Shown here piece by piece: positions 11,314 to 21,238 of a DNA stretch of 64,000 bases. The DNA is taken from the NCBI GenBank assembly GCA_044376115.1, contig JBILLK010000002.1, positions 256,001 to 320,000 of the forward strand, in the 5' to 3' direction. A model generated the notes under the pieces. The model ran no database searches. It was not told the DNA's origin and saw only the letters and a program-made list of their open reading frames with translations. How positions within the stretch are numbered: position 1 is the stretch's first letter; each line of letters starts with the position of its first letter. The stretch comes from Polyangiaceae bacterium. GTDB taxonomy: Bacteria; Myxococcota_A; Polyangia; Polyangiales; Polyangiaceae. A program made the translations under genes and the position numbers.

Positions 11314-12216
11314 TCAGTGCGGCACTTCGCCCACACACTTGAGCGCCCAGGGGTCACGTGGCTCTGGCCCGTTCGGGTTGTGGCCCACGATCCGCTGGGC
11401 ACGGTGGTTGAGTAACGCGGCGAGCCCGTGCTCCCGGGGCAAGAGGGCATGCACGAGCTGCCCATAGCTCGCTCCTAGACCATGCAGACAACGCTGTGCG
11501 TCCCCACTGCGAAACGCGAACAAGGCCTGCGCGAGGGCAAACACTCCGGCCGCCGGCCTGCCGCCTTCGATCTTCATCAAAACCTCGTTCATCGACACGT
11601 CGCCGAGCCCCCAGCCAGCGTCGTCGGTGAGGGCGTCCCACGTGGAGGTCGCGTCGCCGATGGCGAGCCGTTGTCCCGCACGATCGAGCTGCTGTGCAGC
11701 CAATGGTAGGTTGCCCAGCGCACTCAGGCACAGTGCTTGGTGCGACGCGATCAGGATCTCGGCGTACCGCTTTCGCACCGGAGCAGCCATCGCTGGGAGG
11801 GCGCTGAGCGCACGTTCGAAGCAGTCGCACGCGGCAGCAAAGTCTCCCTCCGCCTCGGCGACCAGACCGAGCAGATGAAGCGCCCGCGCACGAATGTCGG
11901 CTCGGAACACGTTGCGCAAGACGTAGTGGGCCGCAGGAATCGCGGCGTTGCCCTGGCCCGCCTGCCAAGCAGCCGTGGCGCCTTTTAGCTCGCGCGTTCC
12001 GCGCAGTAGCTCACGCCACATGAGGATGAGCGAGGCCACGAAGGCGACCCCGCCGAGCGCCAGCAACAAGGCTCCGCCGGCCACCCTTAGATTCAGCAGG
12101 AAGCCGCCAAGGGTCAGCACGATGAAAGCCACACCGAGGCCACCAAACGCCATCAGCGTCGCGTGGCCGCGTGAAACCAACAAGCGACCGTTCGCGTCGA
12201 CCAGGTAGCGATTCAC
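11314..12216 (-). CDS. Hypothetical membrane protein with TPR-like helical region
   Basis: Two N-terminal hydrophobic helices, then ALHLLGLVAEAEGDFAAACDCFERAL (TPR-like); 6 bp after the upstream stop. Confidence 0.6.
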   Translation of the reverse strand: MNRYLVDANGRLLVSRGHATLMAFGGLGVAFIVLTLGGFLLNLRVAGGALLLALGGVAFVASLILMWRELLRGTRELKGATAAWQAGQGNAAIPAAHYVLRNVFRADIRARALHLLGLVAEAEGDFAAACDCFERALSALPAMAAPVRKRYAEILIASHQALCLSALGNLPLAAQQLDRAGQRLAIGDATSTWDALTDDAGWGLGDVSMNEVLMKIEGGRPAAGVFALAQALFAFRSGDAQRCLHGLGASYGQLVHALLPREHGLAALLNHRAQRIVGHNPNGPEPRDPWALKCVGEVPH

Positions 12217-12222
12217 GAAGCG

Positions 12223-15200
12223 CTAGGGCCGGTAGTCGATGACGCTTTCGCCGCGGGTGCGGTAGTTGGTGTCGATGTGATTCATCAGCTCCAGCCACCA
12301 AGCGTCTGCCTTCATGCCGTCATCGCGCGCGCTATCGGTGAAGAAGTTTCCGCGGATGCATTCAGCGTTACCGGTGTCGTCGGTGCGGCAGCGCCCGTCC
12401 ACGTACACCAGGATCGCCTTGGGCAAACGCGTGGTGACGTTGTCTTGCGCGCCGTTCATCCAGTTGGCCACGAAGATGATGGCGGCGCCCAGATCCTCGG
12501 GCGTTTGGCCGTAACCGTGGAGCATGTAGATCACGGGGTAGGTGCGATCTTGTTGCTCGCGGTGGGCGTAGCCCGGCGGCAGGTTGATCGTCACCGGGCC
12601 TTTTCGACCGCGTGAATCGGTGAACTCGAAGTTGCAGGCGCCCGCGATCTCGCAGTCGCTTGCACCTGGAGCCGGATCCTCGCTGGCGATCTTCACCAGC
12701 GAGCGCAGGTCTTGTTCAGGCCAGCGCGAGCCGATGTAGTAAAGCGCCGTCTGCAGGCGGCCGAGGATCTCGGTCACGGTGCCGACGTGCTGGCCAGAAC
12801 CCTTCTCGATGTCGCTCGCGGTGGGGTCAACCTTGCCGTAGCGCATGAGCACTGACCCAGGCACGTCTTCCCAACGAATCAGCGACGGCGTGTAGAGATC
12901 TGGGAACGCGGGGTCAAAGCCGGGCAGCTGCGCGAAGTCGGTGAAGTAAGACGTTTCGCGGCCGCGAGCCTGCATGGCGCCGACCAGCTGGTTGGCGCTC
13001 ACGTGGAAGTTGAAAAGGTCGCGTAGACCACCGTCGGTCCATACGTCCAAGCGATCCAAGGAAGCGTCGTCCAACTCCCCGGTGGCGCTCGGCGCATTCT
13101 TGCGAATGATCGCGGTCGGATCGAACTCCCACATCCTGCGTAGACCGCGCGACGCGGTGAAGGCGTTGTCTCCCTCGCCGACGTCGTAGCCATCGCCGTC
13201 CTTGGCGTAGCCGGTCGCCGGTTGCTGCGTCGTGCCGTCCACGCCGTCCATCCCGAAGTCGAGGTACGGTTCCCCGGCTTGGTAGCGGTAGTCCCGCTCG
13301 GTGCCGTTGGGGTTGTACTGCATGTGGAAGTCGTCCCCCGACGGGTCCTCGTTGACGCCGGCCTCGTAGCCGGGCTCGTCGACGCTGAACCGACCGTCCT
13401 CACCGGTGTCATCCCAGGGCTCATGTCCGCTGCGGATCAGCGGCTCCAGTTCGTCGCGAACGCCGTTGCCGTTGTAGTCCACGGCGAGGGCGACCTCGAG
13501 CGGGTAGTTGTTGGGCCCGCTGGGCTTCCAAGCGTTGGCGTAAGGCGTTTCGTCTTCACTGGGCGGCGTTCCGTCGCACACGGTGATGACGGGGAAGAGG
13601 CCATCGGGATTGAACTCGTCGTCGAAGTAGTTCGCCAAGGTGAGGGGATTGGCGCAACGCTCGATCGGGCAGTTGTTTGCTTTTTCAACTTGCTCGTCGT
13701 GATCCGGTGCTTCTGCGATCGGGTCGACCCATACCGAGCATTCAGTCCCCTCGTGTTCCCCAACCACGGAGGGATGATTCGGCGGCACGCCGGGAGGTAG
13801 GTTTTCTCCGCCCGGGGAGAGATTGTCTCCGTTGGGGTTGCCCATCAGCAACGCTAGATCACGGAAGATCTGCGCGTATTCAGAGCGCGGGAAGCGACCA
13901 CCGGTACCGGTTCGCGGGTATTCGGCCCACCAGTTGTTGAAGGTCTGGTTGTGTTCGTACGGGTTCTCTGGCGTCGTCAACAAGGTGCAGCCGCCGGGGT
14001 GGTCCACCGTGACGCCCAAGCAAACCTCGTCCGCTGCACACTCGGTGTCGGTCATGCACGACGCTTTGGTGAGCGGAATATCGGCCACCTCTGTGCCCGG
14101 CGCGATCGGCCGGAAGCCACCGAGGTGCTGTTTCTCGATCATGTTGATGAGCCACGACCAGGAGGCCGGCCCGCCGAGCGGTGCGACCACGTCGAACTTG
14201 TCGTGGTGCCGTGTGCCAAACATGCTGCTGCCCATACCGCCCATCGAGACGCCGATCACAGCGCGGTGGGTGAGCTTGCGCTGAATCACGCGATCGCCTG
14301 CGTCTTTACGTACGACGGCCTGGTAGGTGCCGAGACGAGGGGCCTTGAACGAGAGCGCCCAACGGCCGTCGATCTCTCCGAAGCGAGGGTCCGCCACGGC
14401 CACCACGCGCGGCTCTTTGAACTTCGGCCCGCTGTACAGCACGCGGACGTGACGAAAGCGCGCGTTGGTGCCCAAGATCGCCGGATTTGCGGGGATGGAG
14501 AGCGGCAACTCTCGCGGGAAGCTCTGCGGCTCCGGACCGAACGTGACGGCCGGCCCGAGGGCGACATACCCTTCGGGGAGCTGCATTTCGCCGCAGGCGA
14601 TCGTCGTCTCGAACGCGGGGACGCTCCAAAGGAACGCGCCGGAGTTCGGCTTGTCGGCGTTTTGCGGCAGGCCGATCGTGGCTCCAGCCAACGCCCCGGT
14701 GGCCTTTACTTCCGAGCCCGGGTTGACCGTGCCGCTGTTCGAGGCTCCGGCGCAAGTCGCGACGGTGGGTTCTTGAACCACGACGCGCAAGCTGGCGCTG
14801 AGGGTGGTGCCGTCCGCCTTCGGGAGGCTCGCCGTGATGGTGTACTCGCCGGCCTTCGTCGCCCCGCGTAGCTCGAACTCCACGGCCGGCGAATAGAGAC
14901 CGATCTTGCCCTGCTCTGGCGCCTTGAGTGAGGCCTCATCACTGCTGGCGAAGGACACGTCCACGTCCTCGCAAACATCGGGACCAACGACGAGCTTGAC
15001 GCTTCGAGAGATGCAGGAAGCATCGTCGGCGGGGCAGGGCGGTAGGAACACGACGTCGGGGGAGAACCGCGCGGCCATCGTTGAAGGCTGGGGCACCTGG
15101 CAGATGTCACCCGGCCGCAGCGTGGTCGGCGTTGGCGTCGGCGGATCTCCGGTGGTGGAGCTCGTGTCGTCTCCGCAGCCGAGCCCCATGGCCGACGCCA

Positions 15201-15294
15201 CGATCCACAGGCTGTGATTCAGAAGCCCTCGAAAACCACTCGATCGGAGACGAAACATGCTGCGAGTTAACATCAAGCCTCCTCCGACGTCCAC
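12223..15294 (-). CDS. Large lipoprotein with alpha/beta-hydrolase (esterase) motifs in permuted order
   Basis: Lipobox MGLGC; GVSMGG; LPPGY..YPVIYMLHGYG near the C-terminus; Asp/Gly-rich insert; exact start uncertain. Confidence 0.75.
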   Translation of the reverse strand: MDVGGGLMLTRSMFRLRSSGFRGLLNHSLWIVASAMGLGCGDDTSSTTGDPPTPTPTTLRPGDICQVPQPSTMAARFSPDVVFLPPCPADDASCISRSVKLVVGPDVCEDVDVSFASSDEASLKAPEQGKIGLYSPAVEFELRGATKAGEYTITASLPKADGTTLSASLRVVVQEPTVATCAGASNSGTVNPGSEVKATGALAGATIGLPQNADKPNSGAFLWSVPAFETTIACGEMQLPEGYVALGPAVTFGPEPQSFPRELPLSIPANPAILGTNARFRHVRVLYSGPKFKEPRVVAVADPRFGEIDGRWALSFKAPRLGTYQAVVRKDAGDRVIQRKLTHRAVIGVSMGGMGSSMFGTRHHDKFDVVAPLGGPASWSWLINMIEKQHLGGFRPIAPGTEVADIPLTKASCMTDTECAADEVCLGVTVDHPGGCTLLTTPENPYEHNQTFNNWWAEYPRTGTGGRFPRSEYAQIFRDLALLMGNPNGDNLSPGGENLPPGVPPNHPSVVGEHEGTECSVWVDPIAEAPDHDEQVEKANNCPIERCANPLTLANYFDDEFNPDGLFPVITVCDGTPPSEDETPYANAWKPSGPNNYPLEVALAVDYNGNGVRDELEPLIRSGHEPWDDTGEDGRFSVDEPGYEAGVNEDPSGDDFHMQYNPNGTERDYRYQAGEPYLDFGMDGVDGTTQQPATGYAKDGDGYDVGEGDNAFTASRGLRRMWEFDPTAIIRKNAPSATGELDDASLDRLDVWTDGGLRDLFNFHVSANQLVGAMQARGRETSYFTDFAQLPGFDPAFPDLYTPSLIRWEDVPGSVLMRYGKVDPTASDIEKGSGQHVGTVTEILGRLQTALYYIGSRWPEQDLRSLVKIASEDPAPGASDCEIAGACNFEFTDSRGRKGPVTINLPPGYAHREQQDRTYPVIYMLHGYGQTPEDLGAAIIFVANWMNGAQDNVTTRLPKAILVYVDGRCRTDDTGNAECIRGNFFTDSARDDGMKADAWWLELMNHIDTNYRTRGESVIDYRP

Positions 15295-15350
15295 GCAGCT
15301 CGTGCAGGCGGCTGTCGAACGACGAATCCTGGTGAACGAACGAGGGCGCG

Positions 15351-16952
15351 TTATCGAGGTGGCGCCGGGGAGCCGGTGGCAACACCCTGCGCGTCAGCCT
15401 CTTTGCCCAAGGCCGAAAGTAGGCCGCTCCACGTACCGAGAAGCGCGGCGGGCGCGAGCTCGTCGTTCACCGTTACCGCCCCGCTTGCGGCGACGCTGAG
15501 GGAGGAAAGGCCTGAACCCTCGACCTCATCCGAGGCGAGCCCCAGCTCCCAGCGGGATGCGACCGCCAGGATGCAGGCCTGCTCCAAACATGGGGCGTCG
15601 CATTCGGCGACCGGACCAGCGTCGTTGATCGCCAAGCCGAAGGCGTTGCAGTTGAGTTGACCGCGAATGGCGTCCGCCGGGCTGAACTCATCACCGAGCT
15701 CCTGAGCGACCTGGTTGCTCATGTACGCGCCCGCCAAGCGAGTGGCCGATAGCGGGACGGAGCCCGTGATCAGGAGGGAGTCATTCCCGGTGTCCACCCA
15801 GACGAACGGCAGTGATCGTTGCGGCAACGCGTAGAGAGGAAGCCCAAGTAGCGCCTCGAGTTTGAACGACGCCCCTTCGGGGACGTCGCTCAGGCCCTCA
15901 ATCGTCCCGACCACGTTGGCCGCTCCATCCGCTACGGCCGCCTCTGCCAAAGCCGCCGAATTCGTTGCCATGGAGGCGCAATACTCGTTCGCGTCGAATG
16001 GCCCCGTCGCCGTCTCGACCGCGAGGACGAAGTCCGGGTTGGCGAGCAGCTCCTGCAGCGAGACCGCCGCGTCGGGCGAGAGCTGCGTCAACATCTCGGT
16101 CGCCACGATAGTGGTGGTCGTCGCCTCCGGTGGAAACGCGGTATCGGCGATCACTTTGCCCCCAGATTGCACGATCTGCCCGAAGCTGGCTGGTTCGACC
16201 CCGAACTCGAGCGAGAGCGAAAGGCGTGCGCCTGGTAACACTATGCTGCGGTCCTTGAGTTCGACGACGACCTCTTGCTCCTCGACAGCGGACGTGGCGC
16301 TCATCACGGTGCAGCCCGCGACCAACTTGCCGTTGCGCAGCCCTACCGCGAGCACTGGCCCAACCGGCACGCTCGAAATCAACGGGATCGAGTCGAGCGC
16401 TGCGCTGTCCGAGAGACTCCCGATCGGCGCTTCGGGGTAGGTGGCGAGCAGCGCGGAGCAATCTCCTCCGACGAGTACGTCGGCCGACCAGCTCTCCGTC
16501 AGTTCCCGCGAGCCGTCGTATTGGGGAACGACCCGAAGCGAGAAAAAGCCTTGCTGGCTCACGGCGACCGGCAATTCGGCGGAGCCCTCGTCCGACTGCG
16601 CTCGCAAAACGAAGGTCGCGGCGGTGGTTGGAGCGGTGAGCGTGGCGATGGCCTTGCCGTCATCCCCGAGCACGACCTCGGCTGGCGTCAGCGAGGCGTC
16701 GAGTGTTGTACCGAGGAGGAGCAGGCGAACGCTGGTCCCGGGATCGCCGTCAAGTTCAACCTCGACGGTTTGCCCTGGCGCCAACTCGAGCGTGCCAACA
16801 TGCGTAAAATGCAGCTCGGTTGCGCTGGTGCCACCACCCACCGGCTCGTTCGGGACGGCTTCGGTGCCGCAACCGCTGATGCTCGTGGCCAGCGCGAGCG
16901 CCACTCCCACGCAAAGCCGCTGCGCCTTGCCCCTTCTGGCGTAGGCACCCAT
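15351..16952 (-). CDS. Hypothetical Cys-containing lipoprotein
   Basis: Lipobox ISGC, Ig-like beta-rich N-terminal part, C..CDAPC...C cluster; start 16952 or 16976. Confidence 0.65.
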   Translation of the reverse strand: MGAYARRGKAQRLCVGVALALATSISGCGTEAVPNEPVGGGTSATELHFTHVGTLELAPGQTVEVELDGDPGTSVRLLLLGTTLDASLTPAEVVLGDDGKAIATLTAPTTAATFVLRAQSDEGSAELPVAVSQQGFFSLRVVPQYDGSRELTESWSADVLVGGDCSALLATYPEAPIGSLSDSAALDSIPLISSVPVGPVLAVGLRNGKLVAGCTVMSATSAVEEQEVVVELKDRSIVLPGARLSLSLEFGVEPASFGQIVQSGGKVIADTAFPPEATTTTIVATEMLTQLSPDAAVSLQELLANPDFVLAVETATGPFDANEYCASMATNSAALAEAAVADGAANVVGTIEGLSDVPEGASFKLEALLGLPLYALPQRSLPFVWVDTGNDSLLITGSVPLSATRLAGAYMSNQVAQELGDEFSPADAIRGQLNCNAFGLAINDAGPVAECDAPCLEQACILAVASRWELGLASDEVEGSGLSSLSVAASGAVTVNDELAPAALLGTWSGLLSALGKEADAQGVATGSPAPPR

Positions 16953-17073
16953 ACTCGACCATAAGCTTAAGTTCATTATTCCCCGAGCTTAGCTCACATC
17001 CGCCGTCTGGCATCAATCTTCGGTAGTTTGCGGCAGGGCTGCTCGGATTCCGCTGGCGGTCGGTGTCGGGATG

Positions 17074-17649
17074 TCAGTCGGTTGGGCGCAACACGACCAC
17101 CGAGTAGGCCACGGCCGGGCGTTCCGAAAGGTTGGCGTAGGAGTGCTTTTGGTCCCCCCGAAACACGACCACATCCCCCTGGGAGAGCTCGAACCGTTCG
17201 CTCGACGCAATCAGTTCCACGCTGCCCTGCTCGCAGGTGAAGTACTCCCGAGTGCCGGCCATGTGGGGGGTTCCGGTGAGCCTGCCCCGCGGCGCAAACT
17301 CCATCCGCTCGAGCACCATGTTGGGGACCTTGTGCGGAAGCAGCGAGCGCACCACAACCCCAGCCCGCACCCGCTCGGTGAGCTCGCTCCTCTTGAAGTG
17401 ACGAGCAGCGGCAGCTGGGGCGTTGGTGAGCTCCTCGATCGAAACCTGCAGGGTGGTTGCGACGCGAAACAGCACACTGAGCGTTGGATTGGCTGACCCG
17501 GTCTCCAGGTTGGCCCACGTGGCTCTGGGTAAGCCGGCAAGTTTAGCGAGTTGGCCTTGCGTGAGCCCGCGCGCTTCACGCAAGGCGCGTACGTTGCTCG
17601 CGAGACGTTGTGCAAGATCCCTCTCCCCGGGGTTGGAACGTTGGGGCAT
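17074..17649 (-). CDS. XRE-family HTH regulator with cupin domain
   Basis: LREARGLTQGQLAKLAGL..LETGSANPTL HTH; cupin H..GTRE..GD...F.GD..HSY. Confidence 0.9.
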   Translation of the reverse strand: MPQRSNPGERDLAQRLASNVRALREARGLTQGQLAKLAGLPRATWANLETGSANPTLSVLFRVATTLQVSIEELTNAPAAAARHFKRSELTERVRAGVVVRSLLPHKVPNMVLERMEFAPRGRLTGTPHMAGTREYFTCEQGSVELIASSERFELSQGDVVVFRGDQKHSYANLSERPAVAYSVVVLRPTD

Positions 17650-17651
17650 CG

Positions 17652-18506
17652 TCAGCTCTCAAGGAACGGAGCAACCCACTCGTTACTGCGGGCCTCGAGC
17701 TCGGCCATCAAGCGGTCATCGAGGGCACGAGCCGATGGGACTTTGGGCTTTTGTTCATCGTAATACAGGCCTGTCGCGGTGCTCAGCTCGGGCGCTGTTG
17801 CGCAGTACACCTGCGTCTTTGCTCCTTGCTCGTTGCTGATCAGAAAAGGTCGCAGCAAGACAGCGAACCGCCCCAGCCTTCGACTCCAAATGTCGCTCGC
17901 GACCCCGCCCGGGTGCAGTGAGTAGGTCGTCACCTTGGTGCCCGTGAGCCGGCGGGCGAGCATGCGAGCGTGAAGCACGTTGGCGAGCTTGCTGACGCAA
18001 TACTCGGGGAAGGCGCTGAGCGTGGCGGAGCGCTTGCGGACCGCGTCGAAGTCGATGCCGCGAGCGCGGTAGTGGCCGCGGCTTGCAACGACCACGACCC
18101 GCCCTTGGGGCGCTCGCTTGACCAGCGGCAACAGTTTCTCGGTCCACAGGTAGTGCCCAAGATGATTGGTGCCAAACGCGAGCTCGAATCCATCCGCGGT
18201 CTCGCCTTGGACTCCCGCGAGCCCAGCGTTGTTGATGAGGGCGTCAATGGGATGGTCTTGCTCGAGCAGCTCGTCAGCGGCCTTTCGAACGCTCGCGAGG
18301 TTCCCCAAATCGAGAGCCACAAAGCGCACGTCGCCCTCTGGGTGGAGCGACTTCAGCTCGTCGAGCACCGGCTGCGTACGCTCGAGGCTCCGGGCTGCCA
18401 GCACGATGGCCTTTGGTTTACGGAGCGCAAGCGCGAGCGCATTTGCGCGGCCAATCCCGGTGTTCGCCCCGGTGATAACGAAGCTCTTGCTAGCGAGGTC
18501 CGACAT
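17652..18506 (-). CDS. SDR family oxidoreductase (retinol dehydrogenase-like)
   Basis: TGANTGIG, INNAG, TNHLGH, YCVSK, LHPG. Confidence 0.92.
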   Translation of the reverse strand: MSDLASKSFVITGANTGIGRANALALALRKPKAIVLAARSLERTQPVLDELKSLHPEGDVRFVALDLGNLASVRKAADELLEQDHPIDALINNAGLAGVQGETADGFELAFGTNHLGHYLWTEKLLPLVKRAPQGRVVVVASRGHYRARGIDFDAVRKRSATLSAFPEYCVSKLANVLHARMLARRLTGTKVTTYSLHPGGVASDIWSRRLGRFAVLLRPFLISNEQGAKTQVYCATAPELSTATGLYYDEQKPKVPSARALDDRLMAELEARSNEWVAPFLES

Positions 18507-18600
18507 GGTTACGCGTCAGTAGCACGCTTCTAACGATGGAGAGCTGGGCGACTGGCAATCGGATAAAGTACAAGGCCGTCTGCTCTAGGAGGAAACTGCG

Positions 18601-19071
18601 ATGCCCCCCGTTGCGCGCCCTACGTGGCGCCACGCAACCAGCCTTGATGACGAAGCGCTCGTGGCTTTGTCCGCTCAACTTTATATCGAGGACCCAAGCT
18701 CCGAAGCGGTCCCGATCGAGAACATGCGACGCACGCTTGAGACGTTCCGCGCTCAGCCTGTGCGCGGACGGGCGCTCGCGCTGGTACGCGAGTCGGGCGC
18801 TGTCGTCGGCTATGCGCTGCTGGTCTCCTTTTGGTCGAATGAGCTCGGTGGTGAGCTGGTGGAAGTGGACGAGCTTTATGTAGCCCAAGAGGCGCGCAAT
18901 CTCGGGCTCGCCAGCGAGCTGCTCACGGAGCTACATGACGGAACGCGCCTGTGGGCGCCGAGGCCGGTAGCGCTCCTTCTGCAAGTTACTAAGACCAATG
19001 AACGGGCCAAAGCGCTGTACTCCCGACTCGGTTTTCGCGATCGAAAGAACGCCACCATGGTCTGGCGATGA
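18601..19071 (+). CDS. GNAT family acetyltransferase
   Basis: VDELYV...RNLGLA motif A; NERAKALYSRLGF. Confidence 0.88.
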   Translation: MPPVARPTWRHATSLDDEALVALSAQLYIEDPSSEAVPIENMRRTLETFRAQPVRGRALALVRESGAVVGYALLVSFWSNELGGELVEVDELYVAQEARNLGLASELLTELHDGTRLWAPRPVALLLQVTKTNERAKALYSRLGFRDRKNATMVWR

Positions 19072-20042
19072 GCGGCACTCAACCGGCGCACGAGGCCTCG
19101 TCGGAGGACCGCTCGATCACCACCATACGGCGTGGCTTCGCGCTGGTGGGCGTAGCGCTCGACGGCCGCCCTCCCAGCGACGACTGGGACGACGAATACG
19201 CGCGAGAGTTGCCTCCGCTAGCGGCGTTGGCCGGTTCCCTGTCACTTCCGTATGGCTGCTACGAGTTGGTGGACTTTCTGACCTCGAGCGCGGCGACGGT
19301 TCAGGAAGGCTTCGAGCGCTTGGCAAAGTATCTGCCGATCGTCACCAACGAGACGACCTTCGGCTGGACGGTCGCCTCAGACATGGTGGAGGTCCGCTTG
19401 GTCAACGCGAGCGGCGCCCTCTCTTGGTTCAGCGAAGAGTGGACGCTGGGCGCGACCATTCGCGGCTTCCGAGGCACGTTGGGGGCAACCTTCACGCCGC
19501 TCAGGCTCGATCTGCAACGGCCGAACGCAGCCGGCGCCGAGCCGATGCTCGAGCGCATCACCGCGCTCGGCGCCTTTCCCATCCAATTCGGGCAACCGCG
19601 CGGTGGGATGGTCCTACCGCTCAGCCTGTGGCAGATGCGCCAACCGAGCGCCAACAGTCGTTTGCATGACGCGCTCGAGGCGCACGCAGCTGAGCTTTTG
19701 TCCGAGAAGCTCGGGGGCAATTCCATGGCGGCTCGCGTTCGTCGCGAACTCGTGAGTGAACTTCGCGGAGGTGAGCCAACCGTGCAGAAAATCGCGAAGA
19801 AGCTAGCGACGACCGCGCGCACGTTGCAGCGGCGGCTCGCTCAAGAATCTACCGCTTTTCAGACCGAGCTCGACCAGGTTCGCGCCCAACTCGCAAAGCG
19901 GTATCTAACCGAGGAGGGCTTGAGTGTGACCGAGGTCGCGTTCCTCTTGGGCTTCTCCGAGGCGAGCGCGTTTGCCCGAGCCCATCGCCGCTGGTACGGG
20001 CGAGCGCCACGGGAGCGCTCGCCGCTTGCTCGCAGCGAATGA
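19068..20042 (+). CDS. AraC family transcriptional regulator (OruR/VqsM-like)
   Basis: RTLQRRL...VAFLLGFSEASAFARAHRRWYG C-terminal double HTH; ATGA overlap with the GNAT gene. Confidence 0.88.
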   Translation: MSGTQPAHEASSEDRSITTIRRGFALVGVALDGRPPSDDWDDEYARELPPLAALAGSLSLPYGCYELVDFLTSSAATVQEGFERLAKYLPIVTNETTFGWTVASDMVEVRLVNASGALSWFSEEWTLGATIRGFRGTLGATFTPLRLDLQRPNAAGAEPMLERITALGAFPIQFGQPRGGMVLPLSLWQMRQPSANSRLHDALEAHAAELLSEKLGGNSMAARVRRELVSELRGGEPTVQKIAKKLATTARTLQRRLAQESTAFQTELDQVRAQLAKRYLTEEGLSVTEVAFLLGFSEASAFARAHRRWYGRAPRERSPLARSE

Positions 20043-20660
20043 CTACTCGTAAACGGCAGAGGGCTCGATGGCTTCCAACTTCTGCCGCGCGACGTCCCAC
20101 GATAACGCCTCCGCCTCCTCTTTGGTCACGGTGAAGTGGGTCGTGCGCCCGGTGATGCTCAACTCCGTTGTCTTGGCCATGGCCTCGGCATGAGCGCCGG
20201 TCGCGATGAACTTGTAGAGCGCCTCCTCGCTCTCCCAAAGACCCATGGTGCGGGCGACGCCACATGTGTCATCCGAGCCGACGGTCCAAGCGATCAAGCC
20301 CTCGGTGTTGGCGAGCTCCCCAATCACCTTGCCGGCCATTGCAAAGAAGGGATCGTATTGCTCCTCCGTGAAGTAGATCTGGGTAGCGTGCACCACGAAG
20401 GTGTCACTCGTGGGCTCGGTGAGAAAGCCTCCCATCGACAGATCGAAGTTTGGGCCAGACAGCGGCTTGGCTTCACCAAAGGCCGCCTCTTCGCAGTCGT
20501 AAAGAGCCGCGTACTGGCTGCCGCCACCGCCTCCCGCCGCGCCAGCTCCGGTGCCACCTGCACCTCCGGTGCCACCTGAGCTCGTGCTCGAGTCAGAGTC
20601 CGAGCATGCGGCGAGCGAGACCAACAGACCAGCAAACAAGAAGAGCGAACGGTTAATCAT
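20043..20660 (-). CDS. Lipoprotein with DUF3291/ABM-like dimeric alpha-beta barrel domain
   Basis: Lipobox LAAC, Gly-rich linker, TMGLWESEEALYKFIATGAHAEAM. Confidence 0.6.
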   Translation of the reverse strand: MINRSLFLFAGLLVSLAACSDSDSSTSSGGTGGAGGTGAGAAGGGGGSQYAALYDCEEAAFGEAKPLSGPNFDLSMGGFLTEPTSDTFVVHATQIYFTEEQYDPFFAMAGKVIGELANTEGLIAWTVGSDDTCGVARTMGLWESEEALYKFIATGAHAEAMAKTTELSITGRTTHFTVTKEEAEALSWDVARQKLEAIEPSAVYE

Positions 20661-20672
20661 CGATAGGTCCTT

Positions 20673-21155
20673 TCAGTGTGAAGCGGTGGTTGCAGACGGA
20701 GCTTGGTAAAGCGCGACCAAGCCGAACAGCAGCCGGTCGAAGGAGAGTTTGAGTCGAGGCGATTCGAAAGCGGTGCGCACGGCGAAGGCGCGCACGCTCA
20801 CCTGAGAGCCGATCGGAGGCGTCTCTTGGCTGGCCGTCGCGACCCAGCGCGGCCCGAGCAGTGGGCTGCCGGGTACGACGAGCAGATAGCTGTAGGAACC
20901 AGCTCGCTTGGTCTCGCGCAGCTCGCCGATGAACGCGAGTTCTTCCGGCGCGGGCGCTTCGGGAACGGCGGCGAATGGAGACAAGGGGCGCGCGCTCGGC
21001 TGCGCTTTGGGGGCGCGGCTCGCGTCTGAGCCCGGAAGCGATCGCGCTCGAACGTTGGCCGCCGCGGCTGCCGAGGTAGCCATGAGCAGGAGCGCGATAC
21101 CGGCGAAGGACAGCCACCTTCGAGGGCGGGACGAGATGGGCTTGCTGTTGTTCAC
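20673..21155 (-). CDS. Small exported protein, NrfJ-like OB-fold
   Basis: Signal-like hydrophobic stretch; GSYSYL..RWVA..GSQV..FESPRLKLSFDRLLF resembles NrfJ-type domains; start uncertain. Confidence 0.45.
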   Translation of the reverse strand: MNNSKPISSRPRRWLSFAGIALLLMATSAAAAANVRARSLPGSDASRAPKAQPSARPLSPFAAVPEAPAPEELAFIGELRETKRAGSYSYLLVVPGSPLLGPRWVATASQETPPIGSQVSVRAFAVRTAFESPRLKLSFDRLLFGLVALYQAPSATTASH

Positions 21156-21238
21156 AGCGTTGAAGCTAGTGAACGCCGCCTTTCTTCGCGCGACCTGGCG
21201 CGCCAAAGCAAAGACCGATTACGCCACTCCGCACGCCA

